DNA of 64,000 nt from an uncultured Candidatus Saccharibacteria bacterium (GTDB lineage: Bacteria > Patescibacteriota > Minisyncoccia > UBA6257 > 1-14-0-10-44-23): the NCBI GenBank assembly GCA_964394435.1, contig CAYMXN010000002.1:142196-206195 (forward strand). Direction: 5' to 3'. This document shows, one piece after another, positions 17,589-28,742 of the stretch (position 1 is the first letter of the stretch; each line of letters opens with the position of its first letter). Made by a program: the position numbers and the translations under genes. Under the pieces are notes generated by a model. It was not told the DNA's origin and did not search any database. It saw only the letters and a program-made list of their open reading frames with translations.

Positions 17589-18230
17589 ATGGAGCTACGT
17601 CTTTTGCAGGATATTATCGCAGATCAAATGGCGGTTAAGGAGGTTTCGACCGAGCGCCTTTGTTCTTTGACTGGCGTGAGTGAGACAGTGCTCTCCGCCC
17701 TTCTCTCTGGTCAGCGCGAGCAGCTACCAGCTCTTCCCTATGTGCGCAGCGCGCTTATTAAGATTGCCAATGTCCTTGAGCTTGATCGGGAGGTTCTTCT
17801 TTCGGCATATCGCAATGAGTATGCGAATAAGATGTCAGGCGTGCTGGATTTACTTCCAGGTAATCGATTTGCACTTCACCCAGCGACGTCTCGAAAATGG
17901 ATTTTCGTAAGCATCGCGGTTATTTTAGCAGTTATTTTTCTTATTTTTGGGCAGCAGATTTTTGGAAAGCCGTCATTGCGCTTAACGGTGCCTGATCCAG
18001 ATCAAAATCCGTATATCGCGGCTACTTCGACCATCACTCTTTCAGGTAAAATTGATGCGGGCGACAAGCTGGTTATTAATGGCGAGGATGTGGCGACGGA
18101 TGATCAGGGTTTTTTCACCTTAGAGTATCGTCTTAATCCGGAGTTGAATACGATTGAGTTTCTTGTCCGTCGTTTCCTGGGTAAGGAGATTACGGTTCTT
18201 AAGCAGGTCTACCTCCAGCCGACAGAATAA
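17589..18230 (+). CDS. HTH (XRE-type) membrane protein, RodZ-like architecture (cytoplasmic HTH, one TM, C-terminal periplasmic domain)
   Basis: N-terminal HTH segment (LCSLTGVSETVLSALLSG), TM IFVSIAVILAVIFLIFG, C-terminal beta-rich domain; located immediately upstream of recA. Confidence 0.5.
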   Translation: MELRLLQDIIADQMAVKEVSTERLCSLTGVSETVLSALLSGQREQLPALPYVRSALIKIANVLELDREVLLSAYRNEYANKMSGVLDLLPGNRFALHPATSRKWIFVSIAVILAVIFLIFGQQIFGKPSLRLTVPDPDQNPYIAATSTITLSGKIDAGDKLVINGEDVATDDQGFFTLEYRLNPELNTIEFLVRRFLGKEITVLKQVYLQPTE

Positions 18231-18272
18231 GGTAGTATAAGGGTAATTAGGTTTAATTATTATTTATATAAT

Positions 18273-19343
18273 ATGGCTAAGGAGAAAAAGGAGGATAAAA
18301 AGAAGGAAAAGGAAGAGTTTAAAGACATTGCGAGTTTAATGGAGGATTTACAGGGTCGTTTTGGTGAAGGTGCGCTGATGACCCTTGGTGATGCTCGTAA
18401 AACCAATGTCGATGTGATTCCGACTGGGTCGTTTTCACTTGATTTGGCCCTTGGTGTTGGTGGTTTGCCAAAGGGGCGTGTTGTGGAAATTTATGGGCCA
18501 GAAAGCTCGGGTAAGACGACTTTAGCGCTTAACGTAGTAGCACAGGCGCAGAAGCTTGGTGGGCGTGCGGCCTTTATCGATGCCGAGCACGCACTTGATC
18601 CTGAATATGCGGAAAAGCTTGGCGTGAAAGTTAAAGAGTTACTTATTTCTCAACCTGACAATGGTGAGGAGGCGCTGAACATTTTAGACAGCTTAGTTCG
18701 TTCGGGCATGCTTTCGGTTATTGTCGTTGACTCGGTCGCAGCTCTTACGCCGCGCGCTGAAATCGAAGGAGAGATGGGTGCGCAGTTTATGGGTCTCCAG
18801 GCCCGTATGATGAGTCAGGCGCTTCGTAAGCTGACTGCGATTACTGCTCGGTACAATGTGCTGATTATCTTCATTAACCAGATTCGTATGAAGATTGGTG
18901 TTATGTTTGGTAATCCGGAGACGACGCCGGGCGGCAACGCGCTTAAATTCGCCTCTTCGGTTCGTATTGATATCCGTCGTATTGCTCAAATTAAGAAGGG
19001 CGAAGATGTAGTAGGTAATCGAGTGAAGGCGAAAGTGGTAAAAAACAAAGTCGCTCCCCCATTTCGTGTTGCGGAGTTTGATATCAGTTATGGGCAAGGT
19101 ATTTCGTATGTCGGTGATGTGATGACGACCGCGATTAAGTATGGAGCAGTTACTAAGGCTGGTGCGACCTATAGCTTTGAGGGACAGAAGATTGCCGTAG
19201 GTATTGAGAACGCGACTAATAAGCTCAAGCAGGATGTGAAGCTCTTGCGAGATATTGAGAAGCGAACTAGAGAGATTGCAGCTAAAGTGGTGGTGGCTGG
19301 CGAGGGTCCAGAGGCCCCTGAAGACGCGAAAGAAGAAGAGTAA
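18273..19343 (+). CDS. recA: Recombinase RecA
   Basis: Walker [11 protein letters not shown]1/L2 loops, near full-length identity pattern to RecA family. Confidence 0.95.
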   Translation: MAKEKKEDKKKEKEEFKDIASLMEDLQGRFGEGALMTLGDARKTNVDVIPTGSFSLDLALGVGGLPKGRVVEIYGPESSGKTTLALNVVAQAQKLGGRAAFIDAEHALDPEYAEKLGVKVKELLISQPDNGEEALNILDSLVRSGMLSVIVVDSVAALTPRAEIEGEMGAQFMGLQARMMSQALRKLTAITARYNVLIIFINQIRMKIGVMFGNPETTPGGNALKFASSVRIDIRRIAQIKKGEDVVGNRVKAKVVKNKVAPPFRVAEFDISYGQGISYVGDVMTTAIKYGAVTKAGATYSFEGQKIAVGIENATNKLKQDVKLLRDIEKRTREIAAKVVVAGEGPEAPEDAKEEE

Positions 19344-19350
19344 TGAGTTT

Positions 19351-19385
19351 TAAAATCCCGCCTCACTAGAGGCGGGATTTTTAGT
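19351..19385. terminator. Bidirectional rho-independent terminator shared by recA (+) and the cgs-like gene (-)
   Basis: AATCCCGCCTC-ACTA-GAGGCGGGATT 11-bp stem flanked by A/T runs on both sides. Confidence 0.75.
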
Positions 19386-22300
19386 TATTGCAGTTCTGGC
19401 GGAGCGAGAAGTACTTCTATTGTATTTGTTTTTTGATTGTTTGTGAGATGTATTTTGTTTTCAGTTAGTATTTTTCCATTTAGCTTTACTTGAGCAACCC
19501 CGCGGGTTGCTTGGTATGGATTCTGAATGTTGATTTGGTACGTTATGTTTTTGTGTATGAGGGTTAGCTGTGCTTCTTTCCAGTCACGCGGAATACTTGG
19601 ATTGATGGTGAGTACTTCTTCTTTAATGGTTATGCCGAATAGATATTCGATGATCGTTCGGTAAAATACTCCAGCTGAACCTGTGTACCAAGTCCAACCT
19701 CCCCTGCCGGGGTATGATGGTTCGGCGTAGATGTCAGAAGCAAGTACGTATGGTTCGGTTCGATACTGTTTAACCTCTTCGCTGGTTTCGGTTCGTTTGA
19801 GCGGGTTGATGAAATCAAGAATCATTTTTGCTTGGTCGGCGCTTCCTGTTGCAAAGAGTGCCTGACTTAACCAGAGTGCAGCATGGTTGTATTGCGCTCC
19901 ATTTTCCCGGACTCCTGCCGGGTAGTCTTTGAGGTATCCTGGGTCAATTAAGCCCTCGATAACTGGTGGGTTGATGAGGCGGACGATTTGATCGACTGGA
20001 TCAACGAGCTGCTTTACTGCTGAAGCGAGTGCCTTTTTGATGTGATCTTCTCGCTTACCACCTCCGAGTACCGCCCATGATTGAGTTATTGAGTCGATCC
20101 GATACTCTTTATTACGGTGTGATCCGAGTGGTGCGCTACTGTCGAAGTATGCGCGTTTATACCAGTTTCCATCCCAGGCGTGGCGCTCGAGTCCAACTTC
20201 TAATTTCTCATTTAGTTGCGTTAGCCATTCAATAGTTGTTTGGTCGTTTCGTTCTTGGGCGATTTGGATGAAGCGCGTACTTACGGCGCGTAAGAACCAG
20301 CCGAGCCAAACACTTTCACCTTTTCCTTTGATTCCGACATTACTTAGTCCATCATTCCAGTCGCTTTTGCCGATAAGTGGTAGATTGTGCGTTCCGAGTT
20401 GAGCAGTTTTTTTAATCGCGCGTAAGCAGTGTTCGTATAACGTATATGCTTCTTCGGTTTTTTGTGGAATACCAGCCCACTCTGGATAGTCTTCGAAGTG
20501 TGGTACTGGTGATTCGAGGAATGGGAGCTTGAGATCAAGCAGCTGTTTTTCATTGGTATTGTCGATGTAGTTGCTTATGACATACGGGAGCCAGATTTGG
20601 TGGTCGGTTGTGATTGTGCGAACACCGAAATCGTTATGCTCGTGCCACCAGTTTTGCGCATCACCTTCTTTGAATTGATGGGCTGCGGCCCGTAGAATCA
20701 TCTCTTTGGTTTTTTCTGGTTGAGTGTGTATAAGAGCGAGGCTATCTTGGAGTTGATCTCTGAAGCCAAAAGCTCCTGAAGGTTGATAATAACCTGTTTT
20801 GGCGACCAAGCGAGAGGTTATGGTCTGATAGATGAGGCGATAGTTAATCAGCGCATCCAGTTGCTCATCTGGTGTTTTGATCTGAATGTTTTTAGTTGTT
20901 TGCTGCCAGTATTGCGCGAGTTCGTTTTTGATTTTTTCTAGGCCGTGCATCGTACGGTAGTGTTTGATGCAGTTTCTCGCTTCGTGAATGTTTTTGGCTT
21001 GCCCGATGCGTACCTGGATTGATTTAGTTTCTCCAGGGAGGATGGTTATTTTGCTTTGGACTGCAGCGCAAGTGTCGACTCCTGTTTTGAGCGTATCTGA
21101 AAGTTCGGTTCGATAGAGTGCGGCTGGATTTTTTAAGCTTTGGCCGCGTCCAATAAACTCCTCTCGGTTATTCGTCGCTTTAAACTCACCCTGATTTATA
21201 TCAATAAAGACGAGTGTTGATTGGAACGAGTTGCTGCGATAGACGTTTTTGACAGTAAGGGCTTTTGTTTCACTGTCCCTTTCTATTTCGAGAAGGTTTT
21301 TAGTGTGTTGGCGATGAACTCCGAGTGATGGTTCGAAGTATCCAGTAAGTGAGATAGTGCGAGGTTTCGAGCTCGTATTTTTGAGCTGTATGTCGTAGAT
21401 TTTAATGCTGTCTTTGCTTGGAACGATTAGTGTCGTGGTGTGGTGAACTCCTTGGTAGGCGTGTTCAAATGAGCTGTAGCCAAGTCCGTGACGAATTATG
21501 TAGTTGCCCTTGGTTGGAATTGGTAGTGGCGTCGCACTCCAAAATTCTCCTGTTTCCTCGTCGCGAAGATAGATCGCTTCGCCGCTGTGATCAAGGAGTG
21601 GGTCATTGGACCAGCGTGTGAGATGATTGTCGTAGCTGTCTCCTGCCCAGGTGAAGCCCGATCCGCTTTCGCTTACTACAAATCCAATTTGCTCGTTAGC
21701 AATAATATTGGTCCATGGGGTTGGCGTTTGCAGTTGCTCGTTAGTAGTAATGACGTATTCGTTGTGCTGTTGGTCGAACCCACCATATCCGTTAAAGAAT
21801 TTTAGATCTTTTGGTAGGCGCAGAATTGGTGTCTCTTTTGCAAGGAGTAGTTTTGCAACTGGTTCAAGATGGGATGGTAGTGGGTGTGCTCCAGATTGGC
21901 TGGCGAGTTGATTTTCAAACGTTCCTTGCTTGCTATCCAGCTGAACGCTTGCTGCGTAGATGAGTGCCTGATTGTCTTCTGCGGGAATGAGGTCGGCTTT
22001 GATGTGAAATACTCTTCCGAGTTCTCCTTTTTCGTTTGGAGACTCAAGGGAGCGCATTAAAAAGTCGATTTCGTCGTGGAGCGTTTTGATGTAGCTTGTT
22101 GGCTGCTCGTTGAGAATTACTAAATCAAATGGGACTCCTTTTGCGTGGAGGTATTTGCGGCATTGTAGTACTTGCTTAGCGAAGGAGATATCGGCGATGT
22201 CAGATATTTTAAGGATAAGAAGCGGAAGAACGCCCGAAATACCGTATTTCCAGAGCGGGTTGCCGGTTGGCATTGTCTCAATAGTGAGCGGTTTTTGTTG

Positions 22301-25300
22301 TGGGTTTATGCCGCTGATAAGACGGGAGGCGATTTCTTGATATTGCATCGCTCGAGTTGCCGACATATTAAGTTGGCGTAAGACAGCGTTGCTTTGTTTT
22401 GCGATTGCGAACTCTTTAAATGCATCGCCGTTGCGATATTGCGCAATGAGCTTAAGAAGCTCTTCCCTGCTGTGAGCTGCGATATAGATGGAGAGAACGT
22501 GTACTTCGTGGTTAGGCGGGACAGCGATTGTTTTTTTAAGGCTGGCGATTGGGTCGAGTGGGTACTCTTTTTGTGGTTCGGTGTATATCTCGGTAAGGAT
22601 GCGCGGAGATTTTAAGCTGCCGTGGCGTCCCAAAAACATTTCGCGACTCGTTTGGTAGTCAGCGTGTTCCTTTGATTTAGTGTTTTGGACGAGGAGGTGC
22701 GCAAAGTAGATTTTTTCTTTTCTGTTTTGAGGGTGATGCCTTGAGAAGATCAGCGCTTCGAGCTTTTTATCAAATTCGGCTTTTACGAATAGTTTTTGAA
22801 ACGCACTGTGATGCAGGTCTTGGTCAGGAAGGGCGAGTGAGACTTCGCTGTATGTAATCAAGTCTATTTTTTTGGGCTCATCCCCTTCGTTATTGATACG
22901 TATATTACGCATCTCAACGTTTTGTGTTGGATGTACGACGACGGTTAGATTTGTTTTTATGTCTTCAGTAATTTGTTCAAACTCGGCTTTGTTTTCCGAA
23001 AAGATAATCGTTTTCTTTTTATTAGACTTGATTGGTTCGTGAGTTGGCGACCAAGCTGTTTCTTTATTTTGTTCGCGAAGGTATATAAATGAACCGTATT
23101 GTTCGGTTGTTGGGTCTGATTTAAAGCGAGTGAGTGCGATATTGCCAAACTTACTCCAGCCGGCGCCGCTGTTACTTATTCCGACTGTATAGGTTGTATT
23201 TCCGATGATCGCGTACCTTGGAACTTCTGTTTTGAGCGGAATATACTGTCCAGCTTCGGTATCTGTAGCTGATGTTTTAGGTTCGATTTCAATTTTAGCG
23301 ACTGGTGTAATTGGGCGCAGTGGAACAGCGGTTGGCATCTTTTCCTCAAGTAAGAGGCTACCGGTAGCGGCTAAGAGGTCTTGTTGCATGAGGGAGTGAA
23401 TTCGCCCATTAAATACCGCGTTGGTCAGCGAGGCGACTACGAATCCCTGGTGGTGGGCGTAGTGCGTTTTAACTGGGGCGCCATATTTCGCTCGTTTGCC
23501 GTTCGTAGTTGTGTAGTCGATCGCGTCATAGAAACCGTAGCGTCCCCACGCCCCTTCTCTGATGAGTCGCTTTAGGTTCTTTACGCTTTTTTGTGGAGCG
23601 ATTCGTAGTGAGAGCGCGGTAGTGTATGGGGCGACAACAAGATAATCCCCTAGTCCGCGTTTAAGTCCAAGTTCGGGTACGCCGAAGATTTGGTATTGGT
23701 AGTTTTGGTTGAGATCGAGCAAGTTAAATCCAGACTCGCCCATTCCCCAAGGGATTTTAAATTTCTTCGCATAACGCATGTGGCTGGTTACTGCAGTTTT
23801 CGCACATGCGCCGAGAACGCTTTCTGGGTGTGGGTCGAGGAAGATGAGTGAGGTTAGGTATTCGAACAGCGACCCTCCCCAAGAAATAAGAGAGACCCCT
23901 GCGCTTGTGCGGAACGATTTTCTGCCGAGATAGAACCAGTGTTTTTGGGGAACTTGATTTTTGAGAATAGCGACGAAGCTAGCGAGGTTAGCTTCAGAGG
24001 CTAAAAAGTCGTAGTACGAGTTGTCGATTTTGTTAAACGTTTGGTTGTAGCCAATATGGAAGAGTCCACGTTCCTTGTTGTATAAGAAACTAAAGTCCGC
24101 TTCTTCAAACAGCGTGGTACAGGTGGTGATATGTTTTTGGTAGTTTCTGTATAGCACCTCACCTTTGCGTTCGCTATATGAGACCGCATTTTTGATTTTA
24201 GCGGTCCAGGCTGCTAGTTTTTCTTGATCAGTGCCGGTAAGATTTGCGGTTGCAAGGAGTTGTTCGTTCTCGATTTTGGCGATTTTCTGACTCATCACCC
24301 TTTCATTTAAGTCGCTAATCGTTGGTGCGCTTGCAAGGTATTTACGCATCTCGTTGTATGCCGTTTTAAACGTAGCGCTCGCCTGTTCGAGATATATCTC
24401 TGGAAATTCCGCGCCGACTGTTTTATATCCCCAGAGTTCTTTTATTGTTTTCTCATGATCGGCGACAATTGCCTCGAGGTGTTCGGTCCAGAAGATAATA
24501 TCACTTATTTTTTCAGTACTCTCCGGCTCTCCTTTTTTCTCTATATAGCTGGCTATTTCAGCGAGTAGTTCTTTGCTGTGCGTAAGCGCTTTTTCAATTG
24601 AGCCTTGATTAGCTTGAGCTACCTCCCTTTTTATTTTTTCTGAAGTTTTTCCGGTTTGTTTTTGGATGTGCTTAATAATCAAACGAAGTTGTTTATCGTT
24701 GCCATTTTTTTTAAGAGCGGTTGCACACTCTTCTTCGATAACTCCGCAGAGGTCGAGAAGACCCTCGATGTCTTTTGTGCGGATAATCGGTTCGTTAGCC
24801 ACTGACCAAAGTCCTTGGCGAACTGCTATAAGGGCGATGAGGAAGTTTGCGCTATCAACGGTTGAGACGTATTGCGGGGTGGTCGCTTTCAGGGCTTCGA
24901 TATCGTACCAGTTATAAAGATGTCCCTTGAATCGATCGAGTTTGGTAATGCTCGTAAGTGAGTTTCCGATTTTCTCATTGAGTCCGGCGATACCAAGGTA
25001 CCCAAAGTCACGCGCTGATACGAGCGACATTAGTAGTGCGCCCAGGTTTGTTGGGGAGGTCGTCGATTGACTGCTTATTCTCGGCTCTTCTTGGAAGTGA
25101 TCAGGGATTAGCCAGTTGTGTTCTTTAGTAGATAGCTCGATGAAGTAGCGGATTGTTTTTGCCGCTATTTTACGCAGTGTTTGTTTTTCTTTATATGAAA
25201 ATGTTACAGACAGATCGCGAGAGGTTGAGAGTGTGTAGGCGATGAGTGGTGAGAGGAACCAGGTTCCTATAAACGTATACGGTGTTATCGCAACAGTTCC

Positions 25301-28111
25301 ATTTTGTATAAGTAGCCATAGTATAAAAAGTGTAATTGGTTGAGTGAGGACCATCGCTCGGTAGAATTCAAAAATTCCTCCGCGTAATTTTTGTCCGACT
25401 TCGTGCGCTGCGCGCCATTGGAGGAGGTGTTTTTTAGTGATAAGCTGGCGAATCAATGAGCGGATGATCGCGTCTACGGTCATAATCGCTTGATACAAAA
25501 TAAATGTCTGGCGGACGATCGTTTGCGCAATGCTCATACCTATTTCGCGGATGAGGCGAACGGTTTTTTCCTTGATGGTTAGATGGCGCTCTCTTTGGAA
25601 GATGGGCGTGAGGGCTGGAATTAAAAATGGAGCGGCTAAAATAATCGCTATATAGATAGGAAGTGCGAGGTTGTTTGGGTGCGCGAGCCAGGAGGCGATT
25701 AAGAGGAGCGTGGCTGCGACCGGGATAAGGCTCCGGCGTAGGTTGTCGAAGATTTTCCATCGATCGAGGAACGAGAAGTGTGTTTCTACTACTTTTCCTT
25801 TTGCATCTTTAATTTTTGATTTTAGCCAGCGCGTGATTTGCCAGTCGCCACGAATCCAGCGGTGGAGGCGGAGGATGTACTCGTGGTAGCGGGCTGGGAA
25901 GTTATCAAATACCTGAATATCGGTTGCTAGTCCAGTTTTGGCGTAGATTCCTTCGAGGAGGTCGTGGCTTAGGACGGTGTTGTCAGGAATGCTGTCTGCC
26001 ATTGTTCTTTCGATGGCTTTGATATCATAAATACCCTTTCCAAAGAAGATAGCGCTATCAAAAATATCTTGATATACGTCTGCTGATACGTTGGCGTATG
26101 GATCGATTCCTACCGCAAAAGAAAAGAGGCGCGCGAAGAGTGATTTTGTTGCTGATCCGAGTGGTGTGGCGACTCGCGGTTGGATAATTCCATATCCCTG
26201 GGTGATGCGGTTTGTTTTTGGGTGTATGACTGGTTGGTTGAGCGGGTGAGCGATACAGCCGATGAGCTGGGCGGCTGCCTCACGTGGGAGCTGCGTGTCT
26301 TCGTCGAGCGTGATCGCGTAGCGAACGCGAGGAATCTCTGAGTACTCCTTTTCAGTAAGAACGTAGTGTGTTTGTTTACTGCCCAGTATGAGTTGATTAA
26401 ACTGGCGGAGCTTTCCACGTTTGCGTTCATACTCCATATAGACTCCCTCGCCTGCGTTAAAAATACGCTTCTGATAGAACATAAAAAAACGTGGTTTTTT
26501 TATGGCGCCATATTTCTTGTTGAGATTCTCAATTTCCGTTTTAAGTGACCCAACGAGTTCGGCATCATCAGGCATCACTTGTGTTGGGGCGTCTTTGAAG
26601 CCAAGTAATAAGCCGTAATAAATATGCTCATCTTGATTACCAAGATAATTAATTTCCATTTTCCGGATCAACTCTTTATTGGAGGCGATGCTGCGGAGTA
26701 GTGTTGGTACGACGATAAATGTAGCGTGTTCGGCGGGTACTCCTTTGCGGAAATCGAGACGAGGGAGTTGTTTTGGAGGGATGAGATTGGTAAGGAAGCT
26801 GTTAAGGACAGTGATTGCCAAATCACTACTCAAGAGGAGTAGGAGGAGTATGTACATGATATTTCCCATTGGGTTGGCGAATGTTAGGGCGTAGAGCAGT
26901 GGAAGTGCGCCAATGATTGTTGCTATGCCGAGCGCAGAGAAGTAATAAGCGCTTGGGTGAGCTAAGAGGCTCCTGTAGAGGCGTTTTGCTAGCGGTGGGG
27001 TGTAACGGATCTCGGTTTCAAGAGTTTTTCTCCCCTTTCCGAGTAAGAGCCAGCCGATGTGCTGATTGTCTTTTTGGGCGAGCGTTATTGCTATTTTGGC
27101 GATTTCAGTTTCGGCGATGCCGGTTTGATCAGAGAGTTCGATGATCGTTCGGCGATAGATAAGGCGACTTTTTGCTTCGAGTTTCTCAAAGGCTTTTACT
27201 GGGTCTTTGGCGAGTATTTTGTCGAGTGGGTTAACTTCGTCTACAAAAACGTCCCAGCGGACCTGGTTGAGCCAGCGGAGTGAGTTGATGATATTGGTAA
27301 CGAGATTAATTTGTTTTTCGCGCCTTGCTCCTTCGATCTGCGAGAGGTTTTTGATATCAATACCCTGCTTGAGCAGGTTCAGCTTGAGCCATTTTGTGAT
27401 CGGCCTGACTTGTGCGGTTTGTTTTGGAAGTCGTTCAAGTAGTGCGATTGAAAAGTTCGCCGTAACGAACGGTTGATCTTTGGCTAACCGATTCAGTAGT
27501 TCGTGGATGCGTTCAGGCTCTTCTTCTTCGAGTGCGATTTTGGCACTTTGCGCCCAGGCTTGAGCCTTTTTAATTTCTTCGAGTGAGCTCGTAATCTCTT
27601 GTATCTTTTGGTCCATACTTTGAACCAAAATAATTTTAAGAATCATCGGCATCTCACCGAGTTCACGGAGCGTGAGTGGTGCGCGACGTTGATAGCTATG
27701 AATAAATGTTTTAAGAATCTCGTGCCCCACTTCGTTGTCTGTTTCGCTAAGCAATGCTTTTGCAATGGCATAAGCGCGTGGGATTGGATTAGCTGAAGTA
27801 CTCTCGTTAAATGGGAGTAGTCGAATTTCTTTTTTTGAGACTCCCGTGCGGATATCAGCTAGGGCGCCTTCGATAATATAAAAGTCGTTAAAAATCCATT
27901 CGACTTCGTGCGTGAGGTAGTGGAGTTCAGCTACGGTTTTGACGAGGCGTTGGTAGTTTGATTTAACCTCCTCGGGAAGTTCAAGAGCGGTTTTAATGAA
28001 GCTCTGTGCTCCTTTTGGCGAGAGTGCGATGCTGCTGGTTGATTTGAGCTCGTTGGCGAGGCGGATGATCTTCTTTTCGGCCAATGTGCTTGAGGGTGTT
28101 TGGGTTTCCAT
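19385..28111 (-). CDS. cgs: Giant (2908 aa) cyclic beta-1,2-glucan synthase-like protein (Cgs/NdvB/ChvB architecture: N-terminal membrane region, GT84 glycosyltransferase domain, central cyclase region, C-terminal GH94 glycoside-phosphorylase domain)
   Basis: Size matches Cgs (2830-2900 aa); GT84 motifs RLDFRKGVP, ERKRGKL, ITLDEDTQLPREAAAQLIGCIAHPLNQP, LHRWIRGDWQI; GH94 motifs GFRDQLQD, KSDWNDG, GESVWLGWF, RGGWTWYTGSAG; multiple TM helices between. Confidence 0.8.
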   Translation of the reverse strand: METQTPSSTLAEKKIIRLANELKSTSSIALSPKGAQSFIKTALELPEEVKSNYQRLVKTVAELHYLTHEVEWIFNDFYIIEGALADIRTGVSKKEIRLLPFNESTSANPIPRAYAIAKALLSETDNEVGHEILKTFIHSYQRRAPLTLRELGEMPMILKIILVQSMDQKIQEITSSLEEIKKAQAWAQSAKIALEEEEPERIHELLNRLAKDQPFVTANFSIALLERLPKQTAQVRPITKWLKLNLLKQGIDIKNLSQIEGARREKQINLVTNIINSLRWLNQVRWDVFVDEVNPLDKILAKDPVKAFEKLEAKSRLIYRRTIIELSDQTGIAETEIAKIAITLAQKDNQHIGWLLLGKGRKTLETEIRYTPPLAKRLYRSLLAHPSAYYFSALGIATIIGALPLLYALTFANPMGNIMYILLLLLLSSDLAITVLNSFLTNLIPPKQLPRLDFRKGVPAEHATFIVVPTLLRSIASNKELIRKMEINYLGNQDEHIYYGLLLGFKDAPTQVMPDDAELVGSLKTEIENLNKKYGAIKKPRFFMFYQKRIFNAGEGVYMEYERKRGKLRQFNQLILGSKQTHYVLTEKEYSEIPRVRYAITLDEDTQLPREAAAQLIGCIAHPLNQPVIHPKTNRITQGYGIIQPRVATPLGSATKSLFARLFSFAVGIDPYANVSADVYQDIFDSAIFFGKGIYDIKAIERTMADSIPDNTVLSHDLLEGIYAKTGLATDIQVFDNFPARYHEYILRLHRWIRGDWQITRWLKSKIKDAKGKVVETHFSFLDRWKIFDNLRRSLIPVAATLLLIASWLAHPNNLALPIYIAIILAAPFLIPALTPIFQRERHLTIKEKTVRLIREIGMSIAQTIVRQTFILYQAIMTVDAIIRSLIRQLITKKHLLQWRAAHEVGQKLRGGIFEFYRAMVLTQPITLFILWLLIQNGTVAITPYTFIGTWFLSPLIAYTLSTSRDLSVTFSYKEKQTLRKIAAKTIRYFIELSTKEHNWLIPDHFQEEPRISSQSTTSPTNLGALLMSLVSARDFGYLGIAGLNEKIGNSLTSITKLDRFKGHLYNWYDIEALKATTPQYVSTVDSANFLIALIAVRQGLWSVANEPIIRTKDIEGLLDLCGVIEEECATALKKNGNDKQLRLIIKHIQKQTGKTSEKIKREVAQANQGSIEKALTHSKELLAEIASYIEKKGEPESTEKISDIIFWTEHLEAIVADHEKTIKELWGYKTVGAEFPEIYLEQASATFKTAYNEMRKYLASAPTISDLNERVMSQKIAKIENEQLLATANLTGTDQEKLAAWTAKIKNAVSYSERKGEVLYRNYQKHITTCTTLFEEADFSFLYNKERGLFHIGYNQTFNKIDNSYYDFLASEANLASFVAILKNQVPQKHWFYLGRKSFRTSAGVSLISWGGSLFEYLTSLIFLDPHPESVLGACAKTAVTSHMRYAKKFKIPWGMGESGFNLLDLNQNYQYQIFGVPELGLKRGLGDYLVVAPYTTALSLRIAPQKSVKNLKRLIREGAWGRYGFYDAIDYTTTNGKRAKYGAPVKTHYAHHQGFVVASLTNAVFNGRIHSLMQQDLLAATGSLLLEEKMPTAVPLRPITPVAKIEIEPKTSATDTEAGQYIPLKTEVPRYAIIGNTTYTVGISNSGAGWSKFGNIALTRFKSDPTTEQYGSFIYLREQNKETAWSPTHEPIKSNKKKTIIFSENKAEFEQITEDIKTNLTVVVHPTQNVEMRNIRINNEGDEPKKIDLITYSEVSLALPDQDLHHSAFQKLFVKAEFDKKLEALIFSRHHPQNRKEKIYFAHLLVQNTKSKEHADYQTSREMFLGRHGSLKSPRILTEIYTEPQKEYPLDPIASLKKTIAVPPNHEVHVLSIYIAAHSREELLKLIAQYRNGDAFKEFAIAKQSNAVLRQLNMSATRAMQYQEIASRLISGINPQQKPLTIETMPTGNPLWKYGISGVLPLLILKISDIADISFAKQVLQCRKYLHAKGVPFDLVILNEQPTSYIKTLHDEIDFLMRSLESPNEKGELGRVFHIKADLIPAEDNQALIYAASVQLDSKQGTFENQLASQSGAHPLPSHLEPVAKLLLAKETPILRLPKDLKFFNGYGGFDQQHNEYVITTNEQLQTPTPWTNIIANEQIGFVVSESGSGFTWAGDSYDNHLTRWSNDPLLDHSGEAIYLRDEETGEFWSATPLPIPTKGNYIIRHGLGYSSFEHAYQGVHHTTTLIVPSKDSIKIYDIQLKNTSSKPRTISLTGYFEPSLGVHRQHTKNLLEIERDSETKALTVKNVYRSNSFQSTLVFIDINQGEFKATNNREEFIGRGQSLKNPAALYRTELSDTLKTGVDTCAAVQSKITILPGETKSIQVRIGQAKNIHEARNCIKHYRTMHGLEKIKNELAQYWQQTTKNIQIKTPDEQLDALINYRLIYQTITSRLVAKTGYYQPSGAFGFRDQLQDSLALIHTQPEKTKEMILRAAAHQFKEGDAQNWWHEHNDFGVRTITTDHQIWLPYVISNYIDNTNEKQLLDLKLPFLESPVPHFEDYPEWAGIPQKTEEAYTLYEHCLRAIKKTAQLGTHNLPLIGKSDWNDGLSNVGIKGKGESVWLGWFLRAVSTRFIQIAQERNDQTTIEWLTQLNEKLEVGLERHAWDGNWYKRAYFDSSAPLGSHRNKEYRIDSITQSWAVLGGGKREDHIKKALASAVKQLVDPVDQIVRLINPPVIEGLIDPGYLKDYPAGVRENGAQYNHAALWLSQALFATGSADQAKMILDFINPLKRTETSEEVKQYRTEPYVLASDIYAEPSYPGRGGWTWYTGSAGVFYRTIIEYLFGITIKEEVLTINPSIPRDWKEAQLTLIHKNITYQINIQNPYQATRGVAQVKLNGKILTENKIHLTNNQKTNTIEVLLAPPELQ

Positions 28112-28140
28112 CTCCCTCTAGTATACCTGATTTCCAGTAT

Positions 28141-28728
28141 TTATTTCTGGATTTTTTTGATGAATTTCTTTTGCAAAAGACGTTCGGCGACAAAGAGGAG
28201 TCCGAAGAGTATGAGTACGAATATTTCGATACGCTTCATAATCTTTTTAAAGCCTAAGAGCTCGATTGTTAGTCCGAAGAAGTATCCTGCGAGCATGACT
28301 GTTAGCGCCCACGCAACTCCTGCCCAAACAGTAATTTTGAAGAATTTCTTGAATTCGAGCTCGTGCCAACCGATAAGAAATACTGTCGGGTGGGTAGTAA
28401 AGTACATAAATTTGGCAAAAATCGCGTATTTGCCGTAGTTGGCGACTACGTTGTCCTTGATCCAACCACCTTGTTTTTCGTAGCGATTGTCGAGCCAGTT
28501 ACCAAATCGAGTCCCCTTCAGCAATCGGCCGAGCCAGTACCAAAATATATCGCCTATGATTACTCCTGTAATAATGGCTACGCCTAAGTAAAACCAGCTA
28601 AGGTGTCCCTGCCAAGCGAAGACGCTTGAGAGCAAGATAATACCCTCTCCTTCGATGAACATACCCAAAAAAATCGCAGCGTAGGTTAGGACTGGGTTGG
28701 CGATAATAAAAAATTCAATTCCAGACAT
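28141..28728 (-). CDS. dedA: DedA/TVP38 family membrane protein
   Basis: FLGMFIEGEGIILLSSV and GDIFWYWLGR motifs of DedA/SNARE-associated family; 30 nt upstream of cgs-like gene, same strand. Confidence 0.8.
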   Translation of the reverse strand: MSGIEFFIIANPVLTYAAIFLGMFIEGEGIILLSSVFAWQGHLSWFYLGVAIITGVIIGDIFWYWLGRLLKGTRFGNWLDNRYEKQGGWIKDNVVANYGKYAIFAKFMYFTTHPTVFLIGWHELEFKKFFKITVWAGVAWALTVMLAGYFFGLTIELLGFKKIMKRIEIFVLILFGLLFVAERLLQKKFIKKIQK

Positions 28729-28742
28729 ATGTATGGATAGAA

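Noticed and set aside
19630-27796. Numerous 60-115-aa ORFs on both strands inside the 8.7-kb cgs-like gene (for example 20344..20553, 21418..21621, 25434..25760, 26110..26430, 27207..27476)
   Set aside because: They are embedded in or antisense to a long ORF with continuous strong homology motifs. This is typical shadow-ORF behaviour.
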